Shown: piece after piece, positions 20,678 through 29,181 of the stretch
How the letters are laid out: each line of letters begins with the position of its first letter
Position numbering within the stretch: the first letter of the stretch is position 1
NCBI GenBank assembly: GCA_900234795.1
Contig: LT962688.1
Coordinates: 1,350,001-1,382,000, forward strand
Reading direction: 5' to 3'
DNA: 32,000 nt
Origin: Methylorubrum extorquens
GTDB lineage: Bacteria > Pseudomonadota > Alphaproteobacteria > Rhizobiales > Beijerinckiaceae
Notes under the pieces: generated by a model
What the model was told of the DNA's origin: nothing
The model's database searches: none
Seen by the model: the letters and a program-made list of their open reading frames with translations, nothing else
Program-made: the position numbers and the translations under genes

Positions 20678-22492
20678 ATGCACCGTTACCGTACCCATAC
20701 CTGCGGGGCGATCCGCCCGTCCGATGTCGGGCAGACCGTCCGCCTGTCCGGCTGGTGCCACCGCATCCGCGACCATGGCGGCGTGCTCTTCATCGACCTG
20801 CGCGACCATTACGGCCTGACGCAGTGCGTGATCGATTCCGACTCGAAGGCCTTCAAGGCGGCCGAGACCGCCCGCTCCGAGTGGGTGATCCGCATCGATG
20901 GTCGCGTGCGCACGCGGCCCGCCGGCACCGAGAACGCGGAGCTGCCGACCGGTAGCGTCGAGGTCTATATCGACGACCTCGAAGTGCTCGGGCCCGCGGG
21001 CGAGCTGCCGCTGCCCGTCTTCGGCGACCAGGAATACCCGGAAGAGACCCGGCTCAAGTACCGCTTCCTCGATCTGCGCCGGGAGAAGCTGCACGCCAAC
21101 ATCATGAAGCGTGGCGCGATCGTGGATTCGCTCCGCCGCCGCATGCGCGAGGGCGGGTTCTTCGAGTTCCAGACGCCGATCCTGACCGCCTCCTCGCCGG
21201 AGGGCGCGCGCGACTACCTCGTGCCGTCCCGCGTGCATCCGGGCAAGTTCTACGCGCTGCCGCAGGCGCCGCAGCAGTTCAAGCAGCTCACGATGATCGC
21301 GGGCTTCGACCGCTACTTCCAGATCGCGCCCTGTTTTCGCGATGAGGACGCGCGAGCGGACCGTAGCCCGGGCGAGTTCTACCAGCTCGATATCGAGATG
21401 AGCTTCGTCACGCAGGAGGACGTGTTCCAGGCGGTCGAGCCGGTGCTGCGCGGCGTGTTCGAGGAATTCGCTGGCGGCAAGCGCGTGACGAAGGAATTCC
21501 CGCGCATCACCTACGCCGACGCGATGCTGAAATACGGCGTCGACAAGCCGGACCTGCGCAACCCGCTGATCATCGCCGACGTGACTGACGAGTTCGCCGA
21601 CGACGCGGTGGAGTTCAAGGCGTTCAAGGGCGTCATCAAGTCGGGCGGCGTGGTGCGCGCCATCCCCGCCACCGGCGCCGCCGGCCAGCCGCGCTCGTTC
21701 TTCGACAAGCTCAACGACTGGGCCCGCTCGGAAGGCGCGCCGGGGCTCGGCTACATCGTGTTCGAGGAAGAGGGCGGGGCGCTCACCGGCAAGGGGCCGA
21801 TCGCCAAGTTCATCCCCGCCGCGATCCAGGCGCGGATTGCCGAGAAGGCCGGTGCCAAGGCGGGCGACGCGGTGTTCTTCGCCGCCGGCACCGAGGCGAA
21901 GGCCGCCGCGCTCGCGGGCAAGGCGCGCATCCGCATCGGCGACGAGCTGAAACTCTCCGATACGGACCAGTTCGCCTTCTGCTGGGTCGTCGATTTCCCG
22001 ATGTACGAGTGGAACGAAGAAGACAAGAAAATCGACTTTTCCCACAACCCGTTCTCGATGCCGAACTACGATCGCGAGGACTTCCTCGCGCTCGGCGACG
22101 GAGATTCGGAAAAAATCCTTGGGATCAAGGCGTTTCAGTACGACATCGTCTGCAACGGCATCGAGTTGTCCTCGGGCGCGATCCGGAACCACCGCCCCGA
22201 CGTGATGGAGAAGGCGTTTGCCATCGCCGGCTACGGCCGGGACGTGCTGGAGGAGAAGTTCGGCGGCATGCTGAACGCCCTGCGCCTCGGCGCCCCGCCG
22301 CACGGCGGCATCGCGCCGGGTGTCGACCGCATCGTCATGCTGCTGTGCGAGGAGCCGAACATCCGCGAGGTCGTGCTGTTCCCGATGAACCAGCGCGCCG
22401 AGGATCTGATGATGGGCGCGCCCGCCGAGGCGACCTCGAAGCAGCTGCGCGAGCTGCACATCCGGCTCAACCTGCCCGAGAAGAAGGCGTAG
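20678..22492 (+). CDS. aspS: Aspartate--tRNA ligase
   Basis: [49 protein letters not shown] is the OB anticodon-binding domain. Class II motifs are [15 protein letters not shown] and [14 protein letters not shown]. The start is the ATG at 20678, ten codons inside the track ORF. Confidence 0.97.
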   Translation: MHRYRTHTCGAIRPSDVGQTVRLSGWCHRIRDHGGVLFIDLRDHYGLTQCVIDSDSKAFKAAETARSEWVIRIDGRVRTRPAGTENAELPTGSVEVYIDDLEVLGPAGELPLPVFGDQEYPEETRLKYRFLDLRREKLHANIMKRGAIVDSLRRRMREGGFFEFQTPILTASSPEGARDYLVPSRVHPGKFYALPQAPQQFKQLTMIAGFDRYFQIAPCFRDEDARADRSPGEFYQLDIEMSFVTQEDVFQAVEPVLRGVFEEFAGGKRVTKEFPRITYADAMLKYGVDKPDLRNPLIIADVTDEFADDAVEFKAFKGVIKSGGVVRAIPATGAAGQPRSFFDKLNDWARSEGAPGLGYIVFEEEGGALTGKGPIAKFIPAAIQARIAEKAGAKAGDAVFFAAGTEAKAAALAGKARIRIGDELKLSDTDQFAFCWVVDFPMYEWNEEDKKIDFSHNPFSMPNYDREDFLALGDGDSEKILGIKAFQYDIVCNGIELSSGAIRNHRPDVMEKAFAIAGYGRDVLEEKFGGMLNALRLGAPPHGGIAPGVDRIVMLLCEEPNIREVVLFPMNQRAEDLMMGAPAEATSKQLRELHIRLNLPEKKA

Positions 22493-22496
22493 CGCC

Positions 22497-22625
22497 TAAA
22501 CCCTCTCCCGCCGCGGGGAGGGTGCCTGCGGAGCAGGCGGGTGAGGGGCCGGTTCCGCTTTGCCGGAAACGGCGCTCCCCTCGCCCGCCCCCTTCGGGGC
22601 CACCCGCCACCGAAGGGGAGGGAAG
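22497..22625. repeat. Cluster of GC-rich imperfect palindromes (REP-like), same family as 27507..27689
   Basis: ccctctcccgccgcggggaggg is a degenerate copy of CCCTCTCCCCGC..GCGGGGAGAGGG. gcgggtgagggg...cccctcgcccgc is an inverted repeat enclosing ccggttccg..ccggaaacgg. ccccttcgggg...ccgaagggg is also present. Confidence 0.55.
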
Positions 22626-22639
22626 CTGCGCAGGACCTG

Positions 22640-23524
22640 ATGCCGCCCCAGCCCACTCCCCTCACCGCCATCGTCGTCAGCCACGACAGCGCAGACGCCC
22701 TGCCCGCCTGCCTCGCGGCGCTGGCCCGCGAAGCCGTCCCGGCGATCGTGGTCGACAATGCCAGCCGCGACGGCTCGGTGGCGGTGGCGGAAGCCCACGG
22801 CGCACGGGTGATCGCCCATCCCCGCAACGAGGGCTATGGCCGGGCCAACAACATCGGCGTGCGCGCCGCCGAGGGGGCCCGGCACGTCCTCATCCTCAAC
22901 CCCGATCTCGTGCTGCAACCGGGCGCCGCCACCGCGCTGCTGGCCGCGGCGCAGGCCTGGTCTGACGCCGGCCTCCTGGCGCCGCGCATCCACGAGCCGG
23001 ACGGGCGCTTCTTCTACCAGCCGCGCTCGCTGCTCGCGCCCTACCTCACCAACCCGAAGGGCCGGCGTGATCTCCCCGAGGGCGACGCCTGCGCCCCATT
23101 CCTGTCGGGCGCCTGCCTGATGATCGAGCGGGCCCTCTTCCTGGACCTCGGCGGCTTCGACGAGAACATTTTCCTGTTCTACGAGGATGACGACCTCTGC
23201 CGCCGGGTGGCGGATGCGGGACGCGCGCTGGTCCACGTCCACGGCGCGGTGGCCCTGCACGGGCGAGGGCGCTCCTCGGCCCCGGCGCCGGGCCGGGTGT
23301 TTCGGACGCGCTGGCATCAGGCGTGGTCGCGGGCCTACGTCTCAAGGAAGTACGGCCTGCCCGATCCGAGCCCGGGAATGCTCGCCACCAACGCGCCGAA
23401 GGCGGCGCTCGCCGCCCTCGCCTTCCGCCGCTCGGGGCTGGAGCGCTACGGCGGCTCGGCGGCCGGCGCACTCGCCGCCCTGCGCGGGCAGAGCGCGCTG
23501 GCCCGCGAGGGGCTGGCACCGTGA
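22640..23524 (+). CDS. Glycosyltransferase family 2 (rhamnosyltransferase-like)
   Basis: LTAIVVSHDSADALPACLAAL...VVDNASRDGS...NEGYGRANNIG...ILNPDLV, plus the FLFYEDDDLCRR DxD region. The likely start is the ATG at 22640 (MPPQPTPL...). The upstream part of the track ORF lies in repeat DNA. Confidence 0.85.
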   Translation: MPPQPTPLTAIVVSHDSADALPACLAALAREAVPAIVVDNASRDGSVAVAEAHGARVIAHPRNEGYGRANNIGVRAAEGARHVLILNPDLVLQPGAATALLAAAQAWSDAGLLAPRIHEPDGRFFYQPRSLLAPYLTNPKGRRDLPEGDACAPFLSGACLMIERALFLDLGGFDENIFLFYEDDDLCRRVADAGRALVHVHGAVALHGRGRSSAPAPGRVFRTRWHQAWSRAYVSRKYGLPDPSPGMLATNAPKAALAALAFRRSGLERYGGSAAGALAALRGQSALAREGLAP

Positions 23525-24603
23525 GCCTGCTCTCGGGACCGACGATCGCGGAGGCGCTGGCGCGCCCGCACAACGCCTTCTCCGGCCTGCGGCTGGCGCT
23601 CGCCCTGATGGTGGTGGTCAGCCACGCCTTCAGCGTCGTCTCCGGCCACGCGCTCGACGAGCCGCTGGCCCGCGCCACCGGCTTCTCGCTGGGCGAGCAC
23701 GCGGTGAACGGCTTCTTCGCCGTCTCGGGCTTCCTCGTCACCATGAGCTACGACCGGCGCGGCTGGCGCGACTACGTCATCGCCCGGAGCTTGCGCATCG
23801 GACCGGGCCTCGTCGCCGCGACCCTGGCGGTCTCGCTGCTGCTCGGCGGCGCCCTCACCCGGCTGCCGCTCGCCGAGTACTACGCCTCGCCGGAACTGTG
23901 GCGCTTCGTGCGCGGCACGCTCCTGTCCTTCAAGAGCAATGCCAGCCTGCCCGGCCTGTTCGAGGCCAACCCGTTCCGCAGCCCGCTCGGCACGGTCTGG
24001 ACCCTGAAATACGAGACGATCTGCTACGCCGGTGTCCTCGTCATCGGGCTTCTCGGGCTCCTGCGGCGGCGCTGGGCCGTGCCGGCGCTCACCGCGGCCC
24101 TGGCCCTGTCGCTGGCGGTGCTCGAAGTGGTCCGGCCCGAGATGTCCAAGGGCACCGAGACGGCCCTGCGCCTGCCGCTGATCTTCGCCGCCGGGGCCTG
24201 CCTCTACCTCTGGCGCGATTCCATCCGCCTCACGCCGTGGCCGCTGCTCGTCCTGGCCGCGGGCCTCCTGCTGCAGGGCCACGCCCCCGCGCGGACGCTG
24301 CTCTTCCTCGGGGAGAGCTACGCGGCGATCTGGCTTGGCCTCCTGCCGGCACTGGCCCGCCCGGTCCTCGATCCGCCGGCTGATCTCTCCTACGGGGTCT
24401 ATCTCTACGGCTGGCCGATCCAGCAGAGCCTGCACGCGCTCTGGCCCACGGCCTCCGCCCTGGCCCTGCTGGTGCCGGCCCTCCTGCTCGCCGGGCTCGT
24501 CGCCGCCGCCTCCTGGTACGCGGTCGAGAAGCCGGCCCTGCGCCTCAAGGCACGGGCGCTCGGGCGGCGCACACTGGGGACGATCGAACCGGCCGGTCCC
24601 TAA
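23521..24603 (+). CDS. Acyltransferase family 3 (OafA/YrhL-like) integral membrane protein
   Basis: From the GTG at 23521: VSLLSGPTIAEALARPHNAFSGLRLALALMVVVSHAF...VNGFFAVSGFLVT..., then about 10 hydrophobic segments. The start overlaps the GT2 stop as GTGA. Confidence 0.85.
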   Translation: MSLLSGPTIAEALARPHNAFSGLRLALALMVVVSHAFSVVSGHALDEPLARATGFSLGEHAVNGFFAVSGFLVTMSYDRRGWRDYVIARSLRIGPGLVAATLAVSLLLGGALTRLPLAEYYASPELWRFVRGTLLSFKSNASLPGLFEANPFRSPLGTVWTLKYETICYAGVLVIGLLGLLRRRWAVPALTAALALSLAVLEVVRPEMSKGTETALRLPLIFAAGACLYLWRDSIRLTPWPLLVLAAGLLLQGHAPARTLLFLGESYAAIWLGLLPALARPVLDPPADLSYGVYLYGWPIQQSLHALWPTASALALLVPALLLAGLVAAASWYAVEKPALRLKARALGRRTLGTIEPAGP

Positions 24604-24757
24604 AGCGAATTTGATCCTCTCGCACCGCCCGTGCGTTTGAGATCCGCAGGGCGTGTCGACGCGCCGCTGTGATGGGGCGCCCTGCCCGCCCTAGCTACGG
24701 TGCCGGGTCCGTATCCCCGGCCCATTCCTCTCCCGGACGCCTGGATCACTGCCCACC

Positions 24758-24979
24758 ATGAAGGTCGTCGTGGATCTCAACCGCTGCCAAGCCTACGCGC
24801 AGTGCATCTACGCGGCGCCGGGGCACTTCGCCCTGCACGGCCGGGAGGCGCTGGTCTACGACCCCTTCCCGGACGAGACCGCACGGGGCGAGATCGAGCG
24901 GGCTATCCATGCCTGCCCGGTGCGGGCGATCACCGCCTACCCCGATGCCGCCGACGCGGCGGCCGGAGAGGCGCGGTGA
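24758..24979 (+). CDS. Small single-cluster ferredoxin (3Fe-4S type, P450-associated class)
   Basis: 73 aa. MKVVVDLNRCQAYAQCIYAAPGHF...AIHACPVRAI shows the Cx5C...CP ligand pattern typical of ferredoxins encoded next to bacterial P450s. Confidence 0.85.
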   Translation: MKVVVDLNRCQAYAQCIYAAPGHFALHGREALVYDPFPDETARGEIERAIHACPVRAITAYPDAADAAAGEAR

Positions 24980-26238
24980 CGACACCCCCTGAACGCATCG
25001 TCGTCGTCGGCGCCTCGCTGGCGGGCCTTGCCGCCGCCCATGCCCTGCGTGAACGAGGCTATGCCGGCCGCCTGACCCTGGTCGGCGCCGAGCCCCACCG
25101 ACCCTACGACCGGCCGCCGCTCTCCAAGCAGGTGCTGCGCGGGCTCTACTCCGCCGACACCACCCTGCCCTGCCATCCCGATCTGCGCGCGGAGTTCCGC
25201 CTCGGGCAGCCGGCGACCCGGCTCGACCTGACCGGGCGCGTCGTCGAATGCGAAGACGGCAGCCGCCTGCCCTACGACCGCCTGTTGATCGCCACCGGCA
25301 CCCGGGCGCGGCCCTGGCCCAACCCGGAGGAGGCCGCCCTCGCCGGTGTCTTCACCCTGCGCGACCGCGACGACGCCGAGCGGCTCGGCGCGCATCTGCG
25401 GACCAAGCCGCAACGCGTCGTCCTCGTCGGCGGCGGCTTCATCGGCTTCGAGGTCGCCTCGACCTGCCGCGATCTCGACATCCCCGTCACCCTGCTGGTG
25501 CGCGATGCCGTGCCGCTTACGGCCGCGCTCGGTCCCCGCCTCGGCGGCCTGATCGGCGAGGTCGCCCGCGAGAAGGGCGTCGATCTGCGCCTCGAATCCG
25601 AGATCGAGCGGATGGAGGGGGAAGCGGGCCGCCTCGCGGCCGTGATCCTGAAGGACGGCACGCGGATCGAGACCGACTGCCTCGTCGCAGCGATCGGCAC
25701 GTTGCGCAACGTCGAATGGCTCGACGGTTCGGGGCTCGAGGCCGACGCGGGGGGCCTGCGCTGCGACGCCTTCTGCCGCGCCTTGCTCCATGACGGCCGC
25801 GTCGCCGAGGGCGTTTTTTGCGCGGGCGACGTGGCGCGCTGGCCGAACCCGCACGACGACGACGCCCTCGTGGCGGTCGAGCATTGGGGCAACGCCCGGG
25901 CGCAAGCCGAGACCGCCGCCGCAAACATGCTGGCGGGCGACGCCTCGGCGATGCGCCGCCACGACCACCTGCCCGATTTCTGGTCGCAGCAATTCGGCCT
26001 GACGATCAAGCTCGTCGGCTTGACCGAGGGCGCCGACGCCCTCGCGGTGGTGCATGGCTCGTTCGAGGAGCGGCGCCTCGTGGCCGCCTTCGGCAAGGCG
26101 GGCCGCACCGTCGCCGCCGCTGCCATCGACAGCGCCCGCTGGCTGCCCACCTACAAGGCCGCGATCCGCGAGCGCGCCCCATTCCCGCCGATCGAGGACG
26201 CCGTCGATCAGCCCCGCATCCGTGTGCAGGAGCCCTAG
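24976..26238 (+). CDS. FAD-dependent NAD(P)H:ferredoxin reductase (pyridine nucleotide-disulfide oxidoreductase family)
   Basis: From the GTG at 24976: VTTPPERIVVVGASLAGLAAAHALRERG (FAD GxGxxG). PYDRPPLSK follows, then a second Rossmann segment RVVLVGGGFIGFEVAS, then CAGDVARW. The start overlaps the ferredoxin stop as GTGA. The track ORF start at 24700 is upstream and out of context. Confidence 0.9.
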   Translation: MTTPPERIVVVGASLAGLAAAHALRERGYAGRLTLVGAEPHRPYDRPPLSKQVLRGLYSADTTLPCHPDLRAEFRLGQPATRLDLTGRVVECEDGSRLPYDRLLIATGTRARPWPNPEEAALAGVFTLRDRDDAERLGAHLRTKPQRVVLVGGGFIGFEVASTCRDLDIPVTLLVRDAVPLTAALGPRLGGLIGEVAREKGVDLRLESEIERMEGEAGRLAAVILKDGTRIETDCLVAAIGTLRNVEWLDGSGLEADAGGLRCDAFCRALLHDGRVAEGVFCAGDVARWPNPHDDDALVAVEHWGNARAQAETAAANMLAGDASAMRRHDHLPDFWSQQFGLTIKLVGLTEGADALAVVHGSFEERRLVAAFGKAGRTVAAAAIDSARWLPTYKAAIRERAPFPPIEDAVDQPRIRVQEP

Positions 26239-26242
26239 TCCC

Positions 26243-27481
26243 GTGAGCGGAAGCACACTGTTCGACCAGATCCTCGATCCCGCCAACCGGGCGAACCCCT
26301 ACCCGCTCTACGCCGAGCTGCGAAAAATTCCCGTCGCGCGGCAGGAGGACGGCACCTACGTCGTCAGCGGTCATGCCGAGCTGGCGCGGCTGATCTCCGA
26401 TCCCCGCATCAGCTCGGACGACCTGCCCGACCCGCAGAAATTCCGCTGGACCGGGCACCCCGTCACCGACCTGCTGGTGCGGCCGGTGCGGGCCGAAATC
26501 CGCAAGCGGCACCGCCCCTTCATCTTCCGCGATCCGCCCGATCACGACCGCCTGCGGGGGCAGGTGATGCGCTGCTTCACGCCCGAGCGGGTGCGCGGCA
26601 TGCGCGCGAAGACGCAAGAAATCACCGACGACCTGATCGGCAAGATGCGCGGCAAGACCCGGATCGATCTCGTCGACGACTTCTCCTATCCGCTCCCCGT
26701 CACCGTGATCTGCGAGTTGCTCGGCGTGCCGCCGGAGGACGAGGCGCAGTTCCACGGCTGGGCGACGCAGCTCGCGACCGCGCTGGAGCCGAACCAGCGC
26801 GGCGACGCGGAGACGAGGGCCAAGAACGAGGTCTGCTTCACCGAAATCGCCGACTACCTCCAGGGACTGATCAAGGAGAAGCGCAAGGACCCGCAGCAGG
26901 ACATCCTCTCCGACCTCGCGACCGACAAGGAGGGGATGAACGATTTCGACCTGATCGCCACCGCCGTGCTGCTGCTGGTGGCGGGCCACGAGACCACGGT
27001 GAACCTGATCACCAACGGGATGCTGACGCTGCTGCGCTTCCCCGAGCATGGGGAGCGCCTGCGCGCCGAGCCGGACCTCGCGCCGCGCCTGATCGAGGAA
27101 TTGCTGCGCTACGAGCCGCCGGTCCATTACCGCACGCGCGTAGCGCTCACCGACATCCCGGTGGCCGGGATCACCATCCCGAAGGATGCACCAGTGATTT
27201 TCCTGCTCGCCGCCGCCAACCGCGATCCGGCGCGCTTTCCCGACCCCGACCGCTTCGATCCCGACCGGCCCGACAACCGCCATCTCGGCTTCGGCGGCGG
27301 GCTGCAGTACTGCGTCGGCGCTCCGCTCGCGCGGATCGAGGCGGAGGTCGCCCTGATCAGCCTCGTGCGGCGGCTGAAGGGCGTGTCCCTGATCGAGGAC
27401 CCGCCGCCCTACCGGCCCGGCGCCTCGCTGCGGGGGCCGCGGCACCTGAGGTTGGCGCTGGAAGGTGTGACGGAAGAATAG
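26243..27481 (+). CDS. Cytochrome P450 monooxygenase
   Basis: The I-helix is LLLVAGHETT, the ExxR motif is EELLRYEPP, and the heme-thiolate loop is FGGGLQYCVGAPLAR. The likely start is the GTG at 26243 (VSGSTLFDQILDPANRANPYPLYAELR), with AGGAG about 10 nt upstream. It lies 4 nt after the reductase stop. Confidence 0.93.
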   Translation: MSGSTLFDQILDPANRANPYPLYAELRKIPVARQEDGTYVVSGHAELARLISDPRISSDDLPDPQKFRWTGHPVTDLLVRPVRAEIRKRHRPFIFRDPPDHDRLRGQVMRCFTPERVRGMRAKTQEITDDLIGKMRGKTRIDLVDDFSYPLPVTVICELLGVPPEDEAQFHGWATQLATALEPNQRGDAETRAKNEVCFTEIADYLQGLIKEKRKDPQQDILSDLATDKEGMNDFDLIATAVLLLVAGHETTVNLITNGMLTLLRFPEHGERLRAEPDLAPRLIEELLRYEPPVHYRTRVALTDIPVAGITIPKDAPVIFLLAAANRDPARFPDPDRFDPDRPDNRHLGFGGGLQYCVGAPLARIEAEVALISLVRRLKGVSLIEDPPPYRPGASLRGPRHLRLALEGVTEE

Positions 27482-27506
27482 GGGCTACCCGGATGCCGCC
27501 GGGTTC

Positions 27507-27689
27507 CCCTCTCCCCGCACGCGGGGAGAGGGCCGCGACGACCCTGTCGTCGGCGCGGTGAGCCCGAAGGGCGAGGGTGAGGGGGCGCATCCGAGAGAGA
27601 CTCCTTCGCCCCCCTCACCTTCGGCTGCCGCCTCGCTTCATGCCCCGACAAGGGGGCATGAAGCCCTCTCCCCGCGCGCGGGGAGAGGG
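27507..27689. repeat. Cluster of four GC-rich palindromic (REP-like) elements
   Basis: Four elements: 27507..27532 ccctctccccgc-ac-gcggggagaggg; 27576..27619 ggtgagggggcg...cgcccccctcacc (a 1-nt bulge); 27637..27662 ttcatgcccc-gacaag-ggggcatgaa; and 27664..27689 ccctctccccgcgcgcggggagaggg (perfect 26-nt palindrome). Confidence 0.8.
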
Positions 27690-27733
27690 GATGCGCTCGC
27701 ACCGCACCGGATCACCGGAAAAGATAAAGCGAC

Positions 27734-27768
27734 CAAAAGAAAAGCGCCCGACCTTTCGGCCGGGCGCT
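27734..27768 (-). terminator. Rho-independent terminator of rplKA
   Basis: The minus strand reads agcgcccggcc-gaaa-ggtcgggcgct (one G-U pair) followed by TTTTCTTTT, about 25 nt after the rplA stop. Confidence 0.75.
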
Positions 27769-27794
27769 CTCCCAAACGTCCCTGCGGACGCGAC

Positions 27795-28493
27795 TTACGC
27801 GGTGAGAACCGTGGACGGCTCGACCTTCACGCCCGGGCCCATCGTCGAGGTGACGGCGATGCGCTGGATGTAGGTGCCCTTGGCGCCCGTGGGCTTCGCC
27901 TTGGCGACCGCGTCGGCGAAGGCCTTGATGTTCTCGACGAGCTTCTGCTCGTCGAAGGACACCTTGCCGACGCCGGCGTGGATGATGCCGGCCTTCTCGA
28001 CGCGGAACTCGACCGCGCCGCCCTTGGCGGCGGCAACGGCGCCCTTCACGTCCATGGTGACGGTGCCGACCTTCGGGTTCGGCATCAGGCCGCGCGGGCC
28101 CAGCACCTTACCGAGACGGCCGACGAGCGGCATCAGGTCCGGGGTCGCGATGCAGCGATCGAACTCGATCTTGCCGCCCTGGACGATCTCGAGGAGATCC
28201 TCGGCGCCGACGATGTCGGCACCCGCTGCGCGGGCGTCGTCCGCCTTGGCGCCACGGGCGAAGACCGCCACGCGAACCGTCCGGCCGGAGCCGTTCGGCA
28301 GGTTGCAGACGCCGCGGACCATCTGGTCGGCGTGGCGCGGATCGACGCCGAGATTCATCGAGATCTCGACGGTTTCGTCGAACTTGGCCGAAGCCTTCGA
28401 CTTCACCAGCTTGATCGCCTCGTCGATGGCGTAGAGCTTCATCGGCTCCAGACCCTCGCGGGCGGCGCGGATGCGCTTTCCTTCGCGTGCCAT
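27795..28493 (-). CDS. rplA: 50S ribosomal protein L1
   Basis: 232 aa. [61 protein letters not shown]... is canonical L1. Confidence 0.97.
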   Translation of the reverse strand: MAREGKRIRAAREGLEPMKLYAIDEAIKLVKSKASAKFDETVEISMNLGVDPRHADQMVRGVCNLPNGSGRTVRVAVFARGAKADDARAAGADIVGAEDLLEIVQGGKIEFDRCIATPDLMPLVGRLGKVLGPRGLMPNPKVGTVTMDVKGAVAAAKGGAVEFRVEKAGIIHAGVGKVSFDEQKLVENIKAFADAVAKAKPTGAKGTYIQRIAVTSTMGPGVKVEPSTVLTA

Positions 28494-28504
28494 ATCGCCC
28501 TCCC

Positions 28505-28954
28505 TTACGCGACGACTTCGAGGCCCATGGCTCGCGCGGAGCCACGGATCATCGCGACCGCCGCATCGACGGAGTCGCAGTTCAGGTCGGGCATCTTCTT
28601 CTCGGCGATCTCGCGAAGCTGGGCTTCGGTGATCTTGCCGACGGTCGGGCCCTTACCCGGGGTCTTGGAGCCGGAGGCCGGCTTCTTGCCGATCTTCAGG
28701 CCAACCGCCTTCTTCAGGAAGAAGGTGACCGGGGGCTGCTTCATCTCGAAGGTGAAGGAGCGGTCCTGATACGCGGTGATGATCACCGGGATCGGGGTGC
28801 CCTTCTCCATCTGCGCGGTCTTCGCATTGAAGGCCTTGCAGAATTCCATGATGTTGAGGCCACGCTGACCGAGCGCGGGACCGATCGGCGGCGACGGGTT
28901 GGCGGCGCCGGCCGGGACTTGAAGCTTCACGTAGCCCGTGATCTTCTTCGCCAT
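28505..28954 (-). CDS. rplK: 50S ribosomal protein L11
   Basis: 149 aa. [46 protein letters not shown]... is canonical L11. Confidence 0.97.
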   Translation of the reverse strand: MAKKITGYVKLQVPAGAANPSPPIGPALGQRGLNIMEFCKAFNAKTAQMEKGTPIPVIITAYQDRSFTFEMKQPPVTFFLKKAVGLKIGKKPASGSKTPGKGPTVGKITEAQLREIAEKKMPDLNCDSVDAAVAMIRGSARAMGLEVVA

Positions 28955-29132
28955 GGGACTGCTCCCAAGAATTGCGCGTCGCCGGGCTGCCGAGGCACGG
29001 ACGGACGGGCGGTTGCAGGTCGCGGTGCGATCCGTGGATCCCGGAGGCGAAGCCGGGCGGATCTCCCGCGGGGTTGTGGCGGTGCTCTCATGAAAGCATC
29101 GCCGTTTCCGGGCCGCGGCAGAGCCGCCGGCC

Positions 29133-29165
29133 GGAAAATCGAAGATCAGTCAGTGCCGACTGATC
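29133..29165 (-). terminator. Hairpin plus U-rich tract after nusG (terminator/attenuator ahead of rplK)
   Basis: The minus strand reads gatcagtc-ggcact-gactgatc followed by ttcgattttcc, about 17 nt after the nusG stop. The remaining ~175 nt up to rplK is a candidate L11-operon leader. Confidence 0.5.
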
Positions 29166-29181
29166 GCGAATTGCGAAGAAA

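Noticed and set aside
20477-22459. 660-aa minus-strand ORF, and 19569..20606 (345 aa, minus strand)
   Set aside because: They are antisense to aspS and bioB respectively, both of which are unambiguous.
24937-27445. Minus-strand ORFs 24937..26286 (449 aa) and 26006..27445 (479 aa)
   Set aside because: They are antisense to the ferredoxin reductase and P450 genes, which carry canonical cofactor motifs on the plus strand.
22497-27700. GC-rich palindromes as a CRISPR array or MITE termini
   Set aside because: The repeats are palindromic, of several different types, irregularly spaced and not separated by uniform spacers. There are no cas genes, no transposase and no target-site duplications that I could see.
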